Positions 8,373-18,600 of a stretch of DNA of 54,755 nucleotides are shown one piece after another. The number at the start of each line of letters is the position of its first letter. Position 1 is the first letter of the stretch. The notes beneath the pieces were generated by a model that was given only the letters and a program-made list of their open reading frames with translations, had not been told where the DNA came from and ran no database searches. The translations under genes and the position numbers were made by a program. The stretch is from Candidatus Bathyarchaeota archaeon (GTDB lineage: Archaea > Thermoproteota > CALKCG01 > B24 > JAGTQN01): positions 1 to 54,755 of the forward strand of contig JAGTQN010000001.1 in assembly GCA_018396395.1 (NCBI GenBank). The letters run 5' to 3'.

Positions 8373-9347
8373 TTAGGGCTTTATAATAACTTTCACAGAA
8401 GTATCGCCCTTAGAAGCCAATTCAAAGGCTTCCCTTGCCCTTTGGAGGGGGAACTCATGGGATATCATAGGCTTTAGTTCAATTTTACCTTGAACGATGA
8501 GGCTTATGGCCTCCTCGAAAAGGGCATCGCCGCCCCCTATTCCATAAACAGTCAGGGTTTTGCCTATAATCGCCTCAGGGTCTATCTCTGCACTTTGGGC
8601 GTAGTGGGCAATAAGGCATAACCTACCCCCTGGCTTTGTGAGGGAAAGGGCCTGCCTTATAGTGGCTGGAGTGCCAGCACATTCGAAGGTCACATCGACC
8701 CCCTTCATCCTTGTCATGGAGAAGATACGCTCCTCTAGGTTCTCCATCTTGGCGTCTACGGTAATGGCTCCGAAACGCCTGGCCAACTCCAGTCTTCTAG
8801 GTGAGATCTCGCTTACAATGACTTTACTAATTCCCTCAGAAAGGCATCGTTGAAGAATGAAAAGTCCTATCGGTCCCGCCCCGAGAATAAGGATCTCTTC
8901 ATTCCCTCGGGGCTTCGCCCTCGAGAAACCATTCAAGGCTACTAGTAGGGGTTCTATGATGGCTCCCTCCTCATGGCTAATACCCTCCGGAACCTTGTGA
9001 AGCCTTCTATCAGCCTTAGGGATGCGGATGTACTCGGAAAAGGCTCCTAGGCTCCCGCTTCCTAACCAGTCAACCCCTAAAGTGACCCTATCACCAACCT
9101 TGAAATTCCTCACATTCGCTCCAATCTTAACTACATCCCCACAGTATTCATGCCCCGAGTTAAGGGGATAGGTGAAACGCTGTCCATAGCGAGTTCCCAG
9201 ATACCTGTGGACATCTGAGCCACAGATACCGCAGGCTTTCACGCGAACAAGGACATCCTCCGGGCCTATGGCTGGAACTTCTACTTCCTCCACCCTCAGG
9301 GCCCTAGGTCCGTAGATGATAGCGGCCTTCAAACCAAAAACCTCCAA
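8373..9347 (-). CDS. Zinc-dependent medium-chain alcohol/polyol dehydrogenase (threonine/sorbitol dehydrogenase-like)
   Basis: Catalytic zinc motif GICGSDVH, then GHEYCG. Rossmann motif ILGAGPIGL. Confidence 0.85.
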   Translation of the reverse strand: MEVFGLKAAIIYGPRALRVEEVEVPAIGPEDVLVRVKACGICGSDVHRYLGTRYGQRFTYPLNSGHEYCGDVVKIGANVRNFKVGDRVTLGVDWLGSGSLGAFSEYIRIPKADRRLHKVPEGISHEEGAIIEPLLVALNGFSRAKPRGNEEILILGAGPIGLFILQRCLSEGISKVIVSEISPRRLELARRFGAITVDAKMENLEERIFSMTRMKGVDVTFECAGTPATIRQALSLTKPGGRLCLIAHYAQSAEIDPEAIIGKTLTVYGIGGGDALFEEAISLIVQGKIELKPMISHEFPLQRAREAFELASKGDTSVKVIIKP

Positions 9348-9434
9348 GGAAACCTTCTTCCATAAATGGAAAATTCCCTAAACGTAAAAATTTCCTTTGC
9401 TCACTCATCTTCACCTCTTTTTTGTTTCGTCAGG

Positions 9435-10607
9435 CTAGAAGTCTGCTAGCGAACAATCCTCGTAGTATAGTCCTTGAAGGACTCCTTGGCTTCTGTAAGG
9501 ATGCTTCGCAACGGCCTCCTCATCTAACTCAATGCCTAACCCCGGACCTTCTGGTATGTAGGCATATCCTGGCTCATCCTTCAAGGCTGGCTTTGTGATT
9601 TCTCGCCTTATCCCTTGTCCTTCCCACATATGCTCTTGGAAGACATAGTTCGGTATAGAAGCATCGAGATGGAGGAAGGCGGCAGTACCTATAGGACTTG
9701 ACATGAGATGGGGCATGACTCCCACATTCGAAGCTTCGGCAATGGCTGCTATCTTTCGCCCTTCCGTGATACCTCCAGCAACTGTGAAGTCCGGGCGTAT
9801 AAGGCCAACTAAGCCTCGATCGATAAGCTCCTTAAACCCATAAAGGTCGAAGCATCTTTCTCCGGCAGCTATGGGAATGCTCGTCTTTCTGGCAACGTAA
9901 ATCATAGCCTCCATACTTTCAGGGGCTATGGGATCTTCCATGAAAAGAATTCGATACCTTTCTATTTCCCTAGCGAAGGTGACAGCTTGGATTGGTGTAA
10001 AGCGTCTATGGATCTCAACGCCAAGATCAATTCCATCCCCTACGGCTTCCCTGACAGCCTGCACCCTATCGACAGCTTGGGAAATCTCAAGACTACTAAC
10101 GATCCTTGGCCCTTCAGGGCCGAAGGGCCATATCCGAAGCACCGTGAATCCCCTCTTCACGGCTTTTGATGCCTCCTCGGCCGCCTCCTCTGGTGTGCTA
10201 CCACCTATCGTCAAGAAAGTTCGGCACTTCTCCCTATACTTTCCTCCGAGGAGTTGGTAGATGGGCAAATTCACGGACTTGCCTAGAATGTCCCAAAGGG
10301 CGATATCGATGGCAGCCATGGCTGAGTTCAGGACTCCTCCTCTAAAATGAAATCTTCTGAAGGGAAGTTGCGAATGATGTCCTATACGGAAAGGGTCCTT
10401 GCCTATGAGGAAGGATCCGAGCCTTCGAATGGCAACCTCGACGGTTTCTAGATGCGCCCAGAGGGTTGATTCCCCATAGCCTACAATTCCCTCATCCGTC
10501 TCAATTTTTACAATGAGCCATCTATCCACAAAGATGGGTTCAATACGTACAATCTTCAAAGCCTTACCATTACAGAATCTATGGGAACTTAAATAAAATA
10601 AGAGCAT
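9435..10607 (-). CDS. Enolase-superfamily sugar-acid dehydratase (mandelate racemase/muconate lactonizing family, galactonate/mannonate dehydratase-like)
   Basis: KIVRIEPIFVDRWLIVKIETDEGIVGYGE is a typical N-terminal capping domain. Metal-ligand region: GVEIHRR, FMEDP, AAGER. The real start is probably the in-frame TTG at 10559 (giving MKIVRIE) rather than the ATG at 10607. Confidence 0.8.
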   Translation of the reverse strand: MLLFYLSSHRFCNGKALKIVRIEPIFVDRWLIVKIETDEGIVGYGESTLWAHLETVEVAIRRLGSFLIGKDPFRIGHHSQLPFRRFHFRGGVLNSAMAAIDIALWDILGKSVNLPIYQLLGGKYREKCRTFLTIGGSTPEEAAEEASKAVKRGFTVLRIWPFGPEGPRIVSSLEISQAVDRVQAVREAVGDGIDLGVEIHRRFTPIQAVTFAREIERYRILFMEDPIAPESMEAMIYVARKTSIPIAAGERCFDLYGFKELIDRGLVGLIRPDFTVAGGITEGRKIAAIAEASNVGVMPHLMSSPIGTAAFLHLDASIPNYVFQEHMWEGQGIRREITKPALKDEPGYAYIPEGPGLGIELDEEAVAKHPYRSQGVLQGLYYEDCSLADF

Positions 10608-10791
10608 CGTTACTAAGGAAGCATTGGCGCTATTTAGAGCTCTTTATGGTGGATTTTAGAAGGTTGGACCCATCGTAACCAACGAATTCCTGATGAAGGA
10701 TGGAAAAGGATAGATAGATAAGATAGGATAGGAATAGAAGCCTGTGAAAAACTTTAATGGGCCTTCCTAAAAAATCTATCAGGGCATAGTT

Positions 10792-11712
10792 TTGACGGAG
10801 TTCAGGGGTAGAGACATCGTATCCATCGCCGATTTCAGTCGCCAGGAGCTGGACTATATTCTCAAAACTACGGATGGAATCGAAGACCTAGCCAAAAGAA
10901 AGCCCGACCTTATTAGAGGGAAGACCTGTGCTATACTGTTCTTCGAGCCCAGCACAAGGACAAGGTTGAGCTTTCAGGCGGCCGTCCAGAGGCTTGGAGG
11001 CTTTGTCCTAGACATGTCTGAACCAAGGACCAGTTCCATAGAAAAAGGGGAAAATCTCACAGATACTATAAGGGTTGTCCAAAACTATGCCGATGTGATT
11101 GTTTTAAGACATCCCCTAGAAGGCTCAGCCCGCTTGGCTGCCGAGGTGGCCGATGTACCCATCATAAATGCAGGATCCGGAGCCGAGGAGCATCCAACCC
11201 AAGCCATGCTAGACCTTTACACAATAATGCGGGAAATGGGGAGCATCGATGGCCTGAAGGTAGCTCTCCTTGGAGACCTTAGGTATGGAAGGACTGTTCA
11301 CAGCCTTGCCAGCGCCCTATCCCTCTATGATGTAAAACTTTACTTGGTTTCTCCAGAGACCCTTCGCATGCGAAGGGAGTTTGTCGAGCTTGCAAGGCAA
11401 CGCATAGAGGTTCAGGAATTTGAAAGCCTTGAACCAATCTTAAAAGATATCGACGTCCTCTATGTTACGAGAATCCAGAAGGAAAGGTTTGCGGATCCAG
11501 CCGAGTATGCGAAGCTGAAGGGCTACTACAAGATCACGGCAGAAACCGTAAGGAAAATGAAGCCAAACGCTATCATCATGCACCCCCTTCCCAAGGTGGA
11601 TGAAGTGGCACCAGAGGTGGACCTTATGCCCCAGGCTAGATACTTTAAACAGGTCTACTATGGGCTTCTGACGAGGATGGCCCTCCTTGCCCTAGTGCTA
11701 GGTGCCCTTTAG
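10792..11712 (+). CDS. pyrB: Aspartate carbamoyltransferase catalytic subunit
   Basis: FFEPSTRTRLSF, HPTQ, GDLRYGRTVHS and HPLP motifs; 306 aa. Confidence 0.95.
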   Translation: MTEFRGRDIVSIADFSRQELDYILKTTDGIEDLAKRKPDLIRGKTCAILFFEPSTRTRLSFQAAVQRLGGFVLDMSEPRTSSIEKGENLTDTIRVVQNYADVIVLRHPLEGSARLAAEVADVPIINAGSGAEEHPTQAMLDLYTIMREMGSIDGLKVALLGDLRYGRTVHSLASALSLYDVKLYLVSPETLRMRREFVELARQRIEVQEFESLEPILKDIDVLYVTRIQKERFADPAEYAKLKGYYKITAETVRKMKPNAIIMHPLPKVDEVAPEVDLMPQARYFKQVYYGLLTRMALLALVLGAL

Positions 11713-11750
11713 CCCCTTCCCTAAGGAAATGGCTAATCATAGATAGATGT

Positions 11751-12470
11751 ATGTCAAAATCTGCAGAAATCTATAGGAAAAACCTTCCATTCTACTATCC
11801 TATCGTTGGAGACATTCCTCCATCAAGGGCAGCCCGATTTCTGGCAAAGGCCTTTCGGAAGGAAGATCGTTCTAGACTGACGGTCGTTGATGCGGGTTGT
11901 GGTGAAGGAAGGGATACCCTTTTTCTCCTAAGGGAGGGCTTTCATGTAATAGCCCTTGATGCTTCCGAGCGAAACTTGAAGGTTTTATCCCAAAAATCCA
12001 TCGAAGCTAATATAGCTTCTGGAATGCTCGAATGCCGTATAGCCGATCTTGCCAAGAAGATTCCCATAGGAGACTCGGAAGTTGATGCCCTTCTTGACGT
12101 ATGGGTTCTAGGTCCCATAATCCTACGGTACGATGGCAAAGCTGGTGCCATACGATACTTGAAGGAGGTCTATAGGGTTCTGAAGCTAGGAGGACTTTTC
12201 GTATCGGAGTTTGAAACCCTAATTCCCAATCTTTCCTCCGAGGAGCTGAAGAAGTACTTTGCAAACCTAGTGAAGGGTTTCTTCTCCATCATCACCTTGG
12301 AATCTATTGAGACAGATTATGTCCATTATCTAGCTATCCAAAATCTCCATAGGATTGAGGAGAACTCGGCAATCTTAGCCATAACCCAGAAGGAGGATAT
12401 TAGGCGAGGGGTTAAGAAATACCCTAAATTGAGTAAGACCCCTTCCTTTGACCCCTCAAGGGGATCTTAA
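11751..12470 (+). CDS. Class I SAM-dependent methyltransferase
   Basis: Motif I VVDAGCGEGRD, then an acidic residue after beta-2 (ALDAS), then LKLGGLF. Confidence 0.75.
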   Translation: MSKSAEIYRKNLPFYYPIVGDIPPSRAARFLAKAFRKEDRSRLTVVDAGCGEGRDTLFLLREGFHVIALDASERNLKVLSQKSIEANIASGMLECRIADLAKKIPIGDSEVDALLDVWVLGPIILRYDGKAGAIRYLKEVYRVLKLGGLFVSEFETLIPNLSSEELKKYFANLVKGFFSIITLESIETDYVHYLAIQNLHRIEENSAILAITQKEDIRRGVKKYPKLSKTPSFDPSRGS

Positions 12471-12533
12471 GAATGAAAGCTCCCTGAACCCATCCCAAAA
12501 CAGAAATAGACTAACCCAAAACCCAGGGTCCCT

Positions 12534-14570
12534 TTAATGCCTTCTCTCACATTTTATGTATCCGTAGCGCTCCATCTCCTTAAAGTAATCAAGAAGGCGT
12601 ATGTTGGATTCGCCTGTTTCACCCTCCACAAGTTCCTCTATCTCAGCCACAGAGCGGACTCCATCGCACCACATTTGGGCCGACTGGATAACGGATCCCT
12701 TCAATCCCCATTCATGGCATTTTCTCTGCCACTCTTTTCGCTCCTCGGCAGGTATCCGAGTCAGTTGGCAAGACCCAAGGACGAGACGTTTTGGCACTAT
12801 TCTTGATGCCTCACGCTTATATCCATCCATATCTATCCATCGCCTTTTCCTAGGCTTCCATGGCTGAAATCCCAGTTCCCTGGCTACCCTTTCGAGGCTC
12901 ATGGAAGCATAGGCTTTTAGATCTTCCTTAGCATCTTTAATCCTCTTTTGAAGGCTTTCGCTTCCAGCAAGGCGGGTCACCGATTCGATGGCGATTCCAT
13001 AGCGGGTTTGCAGGTAGTTTAGCCTTCGCCATAGCTTTTCTAAGGCCTTCGCTCCTTCCCCTTCCTTCCTTTCTCCATAAACTTCGTAAAAAGGGGTTAG
13101 GAAGCCCTCCAGCTCATCAAGAATTGTCCTTTTGGCCTCGATGAAGACTTCGGAAGCGAGCCATTGGGCCTCGACCTCTCCGGCATTGGCGATAAAGTAT
13201 GCATACGTTGCGACGGCACGACCTATCCAGGCAAGCCTTCTAGGATCGAGCTTGTCTGGCGTATCCATGGATGAATGGTAGAAGGTATATGGATACTCGA
13301 TTAAGAGAGGGCATGGAATCCCTATGGATGGGTCTGCAATCATGTTATCAGCCTTCATGAAGGGAACCTCGCGCCAATTAACCAGCATCTTATCCATCAT
13401 TGTTGAATGTTCGAGGATGAGCCTTAGGAGGGTATCCGTATAGGAGCTTTGGGCATGGGGGTTCCTCGAGAGGCTTAAGAATGCCCGGCATAGGGCTTCG
13501 TTCCCTCCTACGCAGTCCAGGGTTATAGCTGCGACGGTTCGTTGAAGAAGCTCAGGTCTCTCCAGAAGGGCTCCCATGGTCCCCATGCACTCATAAGTGA
13601 AGAGCATTCTTATTCCTCGTCTAGGCTTCTTGAGCCTTCCGGATTTGATGAGGGAGTTCAGACACCTCAAAACCTCTATTGCCAGACCACACCCACTCGC
13701 ATCGTCTATGGCTCCGACTTCGTACAAGTGCCCATTTATCAGGACCTCCTCATCGGTTTCACCTTTGATCAATCCTGTTACCACATCGATCGAACCATCG
13801 TAGAAGGAAGCATCGATCTCCGCATGGATCTGAAGCCTCCTTTCCTTTTTCATGAGTTCCCTAAGCCAATGTCCCTGTCTAGGCGTTAGGACAAAGCCCC
13901 AGAACTCAGGGTCCCCCTTCTTCATACCCCAGCCCCCAAATTCGGAGCTAAACCTATCCCAGTAGCGACAGTCGGGTAGTTCCATAGGTGGACGGTAGTA
14001 ATCGATGGCGGGAAGATAATCCGATACGATGCCAAGGGCGCCATGCCTCAAAGCCTCAAGGCGGGACGCCCTAGCCGAATCCCTTGTGAAGACAACCTTT
14101 CCCTTGACTTCCAAATCCTCATAATCTTGGGCTTTGGAACCTCCATCGACCATCACGAGCTCGGCTGTAATGCCCTCAGAAGGCGTGGGCTTACTGTATA
14201 CGACGAGGGAACATGGATCCTCTTTATAGTCGCAAAGCTTTACTTCGCCTAGACCTTCTTCCTTGCCCTCGCCCTTGGATCCCCATAGAAGCGTCAGTTT
14301 GGCCGATTTGGCCTTCCAAGCCCTCGGCATGACCCAGTCCCCATAAAGCTTTTCACCATCGGCAGGGAGCTCGAAGATCTCGCCCTCGAGTCCATACTCC
14401 TCCAATTTATGGAGGCAATAAAGGGCAGCCTCATGATGCCTATCGAAGGAAGACCAGCGATCGTGGTCATGGATGTGGGCGATCAAGTCTAGGGCATTCG
14501 TTCCGGATACATAGGGTCCTATCCTCTCGAAGAGTCTCCTAAACATAGCCTTCGCCTTCCATCCTTTCAT
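12534..14570 (-). CDS. M28-like aminopeptidase-domain protein (DUF4910-type) with C-terminal winged helix
   Basis: INGHLYEVGAIDDASGCG matches the M28 H...D(D)ASG metal-ligand block. The C-terminus VRSVAEIEELVEGETGESNIRLLDYFKEMERYGYI looks like a wHTH. I prefer the Met at 14570 as the start because it forms an ATGA overlap with the stop of the upstream GNAT gene. The longest ORF reaches 14606. Confidence 0.6.
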   Translation of the reverse strand: MKGWKAKAMFRRLFERIGPYVSGTNALDLIAHIHDHDRWSSFDRHHEAALYCLHKLEEYGLEGEIFELPADGEKLYGDWVMPRAWKAKSAKLTLLWGSKGEGKEEGLGEVKLCDYKEDPCSLVVYSKPTPSEGITAELVMVDGGSKAQDYEDLEVKGKVVFTRDSARASRLEALRHGALGIVSDYLPAIDYYRPPMELPDCRYWDRFSSEFGGWGMKKGDPEFWGFVLTPRQGHWLRELMKKERRLQIHAEIDASFYDGSIDVVTGLIKGETDEEVLINGHLYEVGAIDDASGCGLAIEVLRCLNSLIKSGRLKKPRRGIRMLFTYECMGTMGALLERPELLQRTVAAITLDCVGGNEALCRAFLSLSRNPHAQSSYTDTLLRLILEHSTMMDKMLVNWREVPFMKADNMIADPSIGIPCPLLIEYPYTFYHSSMDTPDKLDPRRLAWIGRAVATYAYFIANAGEVEAQWLASEVFIEAKRTILDELEGFLTPFYEVYGERKEGEGAKALEKLWRRLNYLQTRYGIAIESVTRLAGSESLQKRIKDAKEDLKAYASMSLERVARELGFQPWKPRKRRWIDMDGYKREASRIVPKRLVLGSCQLTRIPAEERKEWQRKCHEWGLKGSVIQSAQMWCDGVRSVAEIEELVEGETGESNIRLLDYFKEMERYGYIKCERRH

Positions 14571-15439
14571 TTCTGAAGATCCTTTCGTAGCTGATAGCCT
14601 GTCCAAAAGGATGGTAGCTGGGCATCCTGCCAGCCTTCCTTAAGGAGTTCCCCCTCCTCCACGTAGGGAATTGGAAGCTCCACTCCAACCCATCTATAAC
14701 CGCCAGTAGAAGCTCTATAGGCGAAGAGCTTAAGCATCCTAAAGGCATATGCCGAATCTTTAACGAAAATATAGCCTAGCGTAACAAGATCAGGATAGAC
14801 CTCATTCCTTCGACCTATGAGAATACCTACGATCTGGTTATCCGCAAGCACAGCCAATGCCTTTTCAGGATCTGATTCGTAGACGCTAAAGTAGGCTGAT
14901 ATGAAGCGTAAGTATTCTTCGCGATCCATAAGGGGGATGAAGTCCCTCAGCCCTTCCAAGGCTATAAGGCGGCTCTCCAAGCCTTCAGGAGGCTCCAGGC
15001 TTTTTCCAATGAGTTCTAGAACGAGACGCCTTCGAATGCCTACGCATTTGAAACCATACTTTTCGTAGAAGCGAAGAGCGAAGGGCGTACCAGTAAGGAT
15101 GGCCTTAAGACCTAAGCTACTAGCCTTTTCCTCTATAGCTTTTAAAAGCATGCCTCCTATTCCCATACCCTGAAACTTAGGATGGACCGCTATCCAATGG
15201 ATTGATGCATGGGCTTCGCCATCAGGGCTTCCGAAGATGAAGCCCACAACCTTCCCTTCGGAAGTCTCAGCCACGAAAAGCCAATCAGGCCACTGCCTCA
15301 TATATTGCACAAACCTTTGACCCATGAGCCTTGTAAGCCTAGCAGTCTCTAGGAAGGACTGGTTGGCAATCCTAACAATGTCGATGACATCCTCAAGCTT
15401 CATCGTTGTTATTCTAACCCTTGGTCTCGATTGTTCCAT
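14567..15439 (-). CDS. GNAT-family N-acetyltransferase, two-lobed
   Basis: IHWIAVHPKFQGMGIGGMLLKAIEEKA...RFYEKYGF is the acetyl-CoA binding core. A second GNAT-like half of about 140 aa follows. Confidence 0.8.
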   Translation of the reverse strand: MEQSRPRVRITTMKLEDVIDIVRIANQSFLETARLTRLMGQRFVQYMRQWPDWLFVAETSEGKVVGFIFGSPDGEAHASIHWIAVHPKFQGMGIGGMLLKAIEEKASSLGLKAILTGTPFALRFYEKYGFKCVGIRRRLVLELIGKSLEPPEGLESRLIALEGLRDFIPLMDREEYLRFISAYFSVYESDPEKALAVLADNQIVGILIGRRNEVYPDLVTLGYIFVKDSAYAFRMLKLFAYRASTGGYRWVGVELPIPYVEEGELLKEGWQDAQLPSFWTGYQLRKDLQK

Positions 15440-15683
15440 GAAACTTTTTTGGAGAAGGGCTATAATAAGGATAAGAAGGGAGAGGAATTGAAAAAGCTTT
15501 CAAGCCTTCCCTTAGGAAGGGGGCAGGCCGTGACGCACATCGAGAAACCTTAACCCAATCTTTAAACTTTAGTTTGAATGGGAATGATGGATGTGGTATG
15601 GGATAAAGGGGGGAAGACATTAAAAATTTAAATAATTAAGATAGGAACATTAATCTTGATAATTCATAGAGTCACTTTTTCGC

Positions 15684-18600
15684 GTGGGGTTCAGGATGTT
15701 TCCAGCAAGGAAGCCAATCGTTCATTCTTTAATTTTTTTATTAACATTTGTATTCCTGTGGAGCTTAGTATTCCTAAATCGACCTATACATGCATCAAAT
15801 AGCAATATTGTAGAAAAAGATGAAATTGTAGAGATCGTTAGAAATATTAATATTTCTAAAATTATACTCCATGCTAAATATTTTTCTAGTTTCGAATCGA
15901 GATATTCAGGTTATCCTGGATCTGATGCCGCAGCGGAGTATATTCGACAATATTTTGAGAGTTTAGGTTTAGTAGATGTAGAATTCCATGAATTTAACGT
16001 GACAGTACCCATCGACTATGGTACGAGCATTTCTTTACTCGGTCATGATGGACGGGAGAAGAGGGCCTTCAAAGCCTACACCCTAGAGCCAAACATGGTG
16101 GCACTTAGTCGAAGATCTTCTGAGGGATTGACTGGCAAGCTTGTCTATGTTGGCAAAGGTTACTTGGAAGAGATGAGCGGAAAAGATGTTGAAGGCAACA
16201 TCGTACTCATGGACTTTTCGGGAAGTAAAGACAACTGGATTAATGCCGCGAAATTAGGCGCGAAGGCCGTAGTCTTCATAGGAGAAGGCGATAGATATGA
16301 TGCCGCTCGGAAAAGTCTCTGGATCCCATTAGATTTTCCTAGAATCTTTGTCCCTGAGCCTAGCGGTTGTATGCTCAAAAAGGCTATAAACGAAACTGTC
16401 AGGGTTCTTTGTGATATGCGCTTTGAGCAAAGAACGGCAAAGAATGTAATTGGGTTCATCTATGGCAAGCAAATGCCTGAACAGTCCCTAATACTTACAG
16501 CTTACTATGACTCTTACTCTATTACTCCAGGATTTGCACCAGGTGCACAAGAATCTCTGGGCATATCAACGCTCCTTGAATTAGCACGTTTCTTCTCGGA
16601 ATATAGTAAGAGGGGAAGAGGGCCTAATAGAACCATCATGTTTGTAGCCTTCGCTGGGCATAACCAAGCTTTGTTAGGGGCAAGGGAGTTTACGGAACTA
16701 TTTCTCTTCGAGAGAAGATGGCAGAGCAAAGTTGGCTTAATGGATATGACCTACTACCCAATCATGATAAATCTTGACCTAGCCACAGACAACGACTGGG
16801 TGGTCAACCTAGGAGCAGGAGATGTATGCGCACTAGGCTATGGTACTCGAGGCCCTGCTTTCCAAGCTGTTCGATGGATCTATGATAGGTTTAAGGATGT
16901 TTACACACCTCAAATAATAGATGCTTGGAAGACTATATATGGCAGAACTTTCAGGATAGATCTTGACCCATACTATCCTGGCTCTAGAGCCCCCGAGCCC
17001 AATCACATAGTTATGGATAGTGAGCCTTACTTAGCCGCAGGGGCGAACGGATTCTCGTTCTATACAGCTTATAGTGAACGAAAGTACTACTCGACTCCAT
17101 TCGATACATATGAACGGTTGATGTGGAATAATCTTCAACCCCAAATTGAAACAATATTTTCTGTAATCTACATGCTACAGGCGGAACCCCAACTTAAGGA
17201 ACTCTCTACAGAGGTCACGCGTATTGGTGGGCGTCTTTATGGAGCCAACTACGGAAAATTATTCGGAAGAGTTGTAACTTTTAATCCCTCAATCAACCAA
17301 TATGAGGGAGTTTCCAAAGCTCTGGTAGCTATTCAGGGGCCGGGCCTTTATAGGTATATCCTTACAACTGATGAGGATGGCCTATTCACTGTCGTGGGGA
17401 TAACAGCATTCGGTACCAACTATGGAATATATCCCTTCTATCTGGACGAAAACGGTACTATCGAGTATGCTCCGGATTTTGGAATATACAGTTTCGGAAA
17501 TGATGTACAGATAACGATATGGAGGGGGGGCATCATCGGCACTCAAGAATATCCGCAGTATTTTACTGTTTTTAAGTGCGGATCTGTTGCTTTCTTCGAC
17601 TTATTAGCACCTAGAACCGGTTTTGCCTCAAGCGTCTTCCGAATTATGGACTTCAATACACACTCTACGCCCGCCCATTACAGTTTCTTCCCTCGGGAAG
17701 CAAGTCCTATTGTGGTTGCCTTCGTAGAACCCGGCACAAGGGTTGAGGCGATAGCCTTTCAAGCTGATGTGCCTATACCCTCCGCAATTATTTTGAACTC
17801 ATCGAGGATACGACCCCAAGGTAATGGGTACGAGGTCAAATACGGAAGACAACTTCTCGTGACGAATGCCTTGCTTAAGAATGCAGAAGATATATGGTTA
17901 CTGAATAACGAAAGAATCAACACATTCCTCCAATTTAATGTTTTTGAACCTGCCGCGGCCCAGCTTCATGACGCAGCTAAATCGATCTTGGATGCTTCTT
18001 GGGGCGCTTTTGAGAACAGGTCATATGGACTCGCCTTTACGAATGCTCAGCGGGCTTTGGGAGTTGAGACCAGGGCCTACGCCAGAATTCTGAGTTTATA
18101 TAACGAGACGATTAGCTCAACGATGTTCTTCTTCGCTCTCCTTGTTCCTTTCGTTTTCCTAGCTGAAAGGCTGTTCCTTTCGTGGAATGGTCCTAGAAGG
18201 CTTCTAGGCATCATTATGATCTTTATTATGGCGTTAGGCATGTTCGCTCTTTTCCATGCAGGCTTCCATCTAGGTGCAAATATGTTCATTGTCCTGATAG
18301 GCTTCGTTACGATGGCTCTTACATTACCCCTCGTACCAATTCTGGGCGGTCATGCTCAGTCAAGAATCTTAGAATGGCGGAGAGCAGTTGTAGGGCTTCA
18401 TTTCGCGGAGATAAGCAGAACGGGGGCCATTCTACTCTCGTTATCCTACGGAGTCCAGCAGATGAGAAAGCGGAGGCTTAGGACGACCCTAACCTTCACA
18501 TCGATCTTAATGATTGCCCTCGCTTTGGTTTCGATGACTTCTATGTCTGTACATAGCATAACACTACAACTTCCCACGGGAGGGGAGCCGACTCGGGTTG

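Noticed and set aside
10708-10740. GATAG/GATA-rich motif (ggatagatagataagataggataggaatagaag). Partial copies occur at 11738-11750, 20299-20316 (reverse), 43346-43360 (reverse) and 50538-50556.
   Set aside because: This is short, low-complexity sequence with only 11-12-nt shared cores. Position relative to start codons is inconsistent. It may be a promoter-like AT/GA element, but the evidence is too weak to call.
10792-12470. pyrB is not followed by a pyrI regulatory-subunit gene
   Set aside because: Gene order varies among archaea, and pyrI may lie elsewhere. This cannot be assessed from one window.
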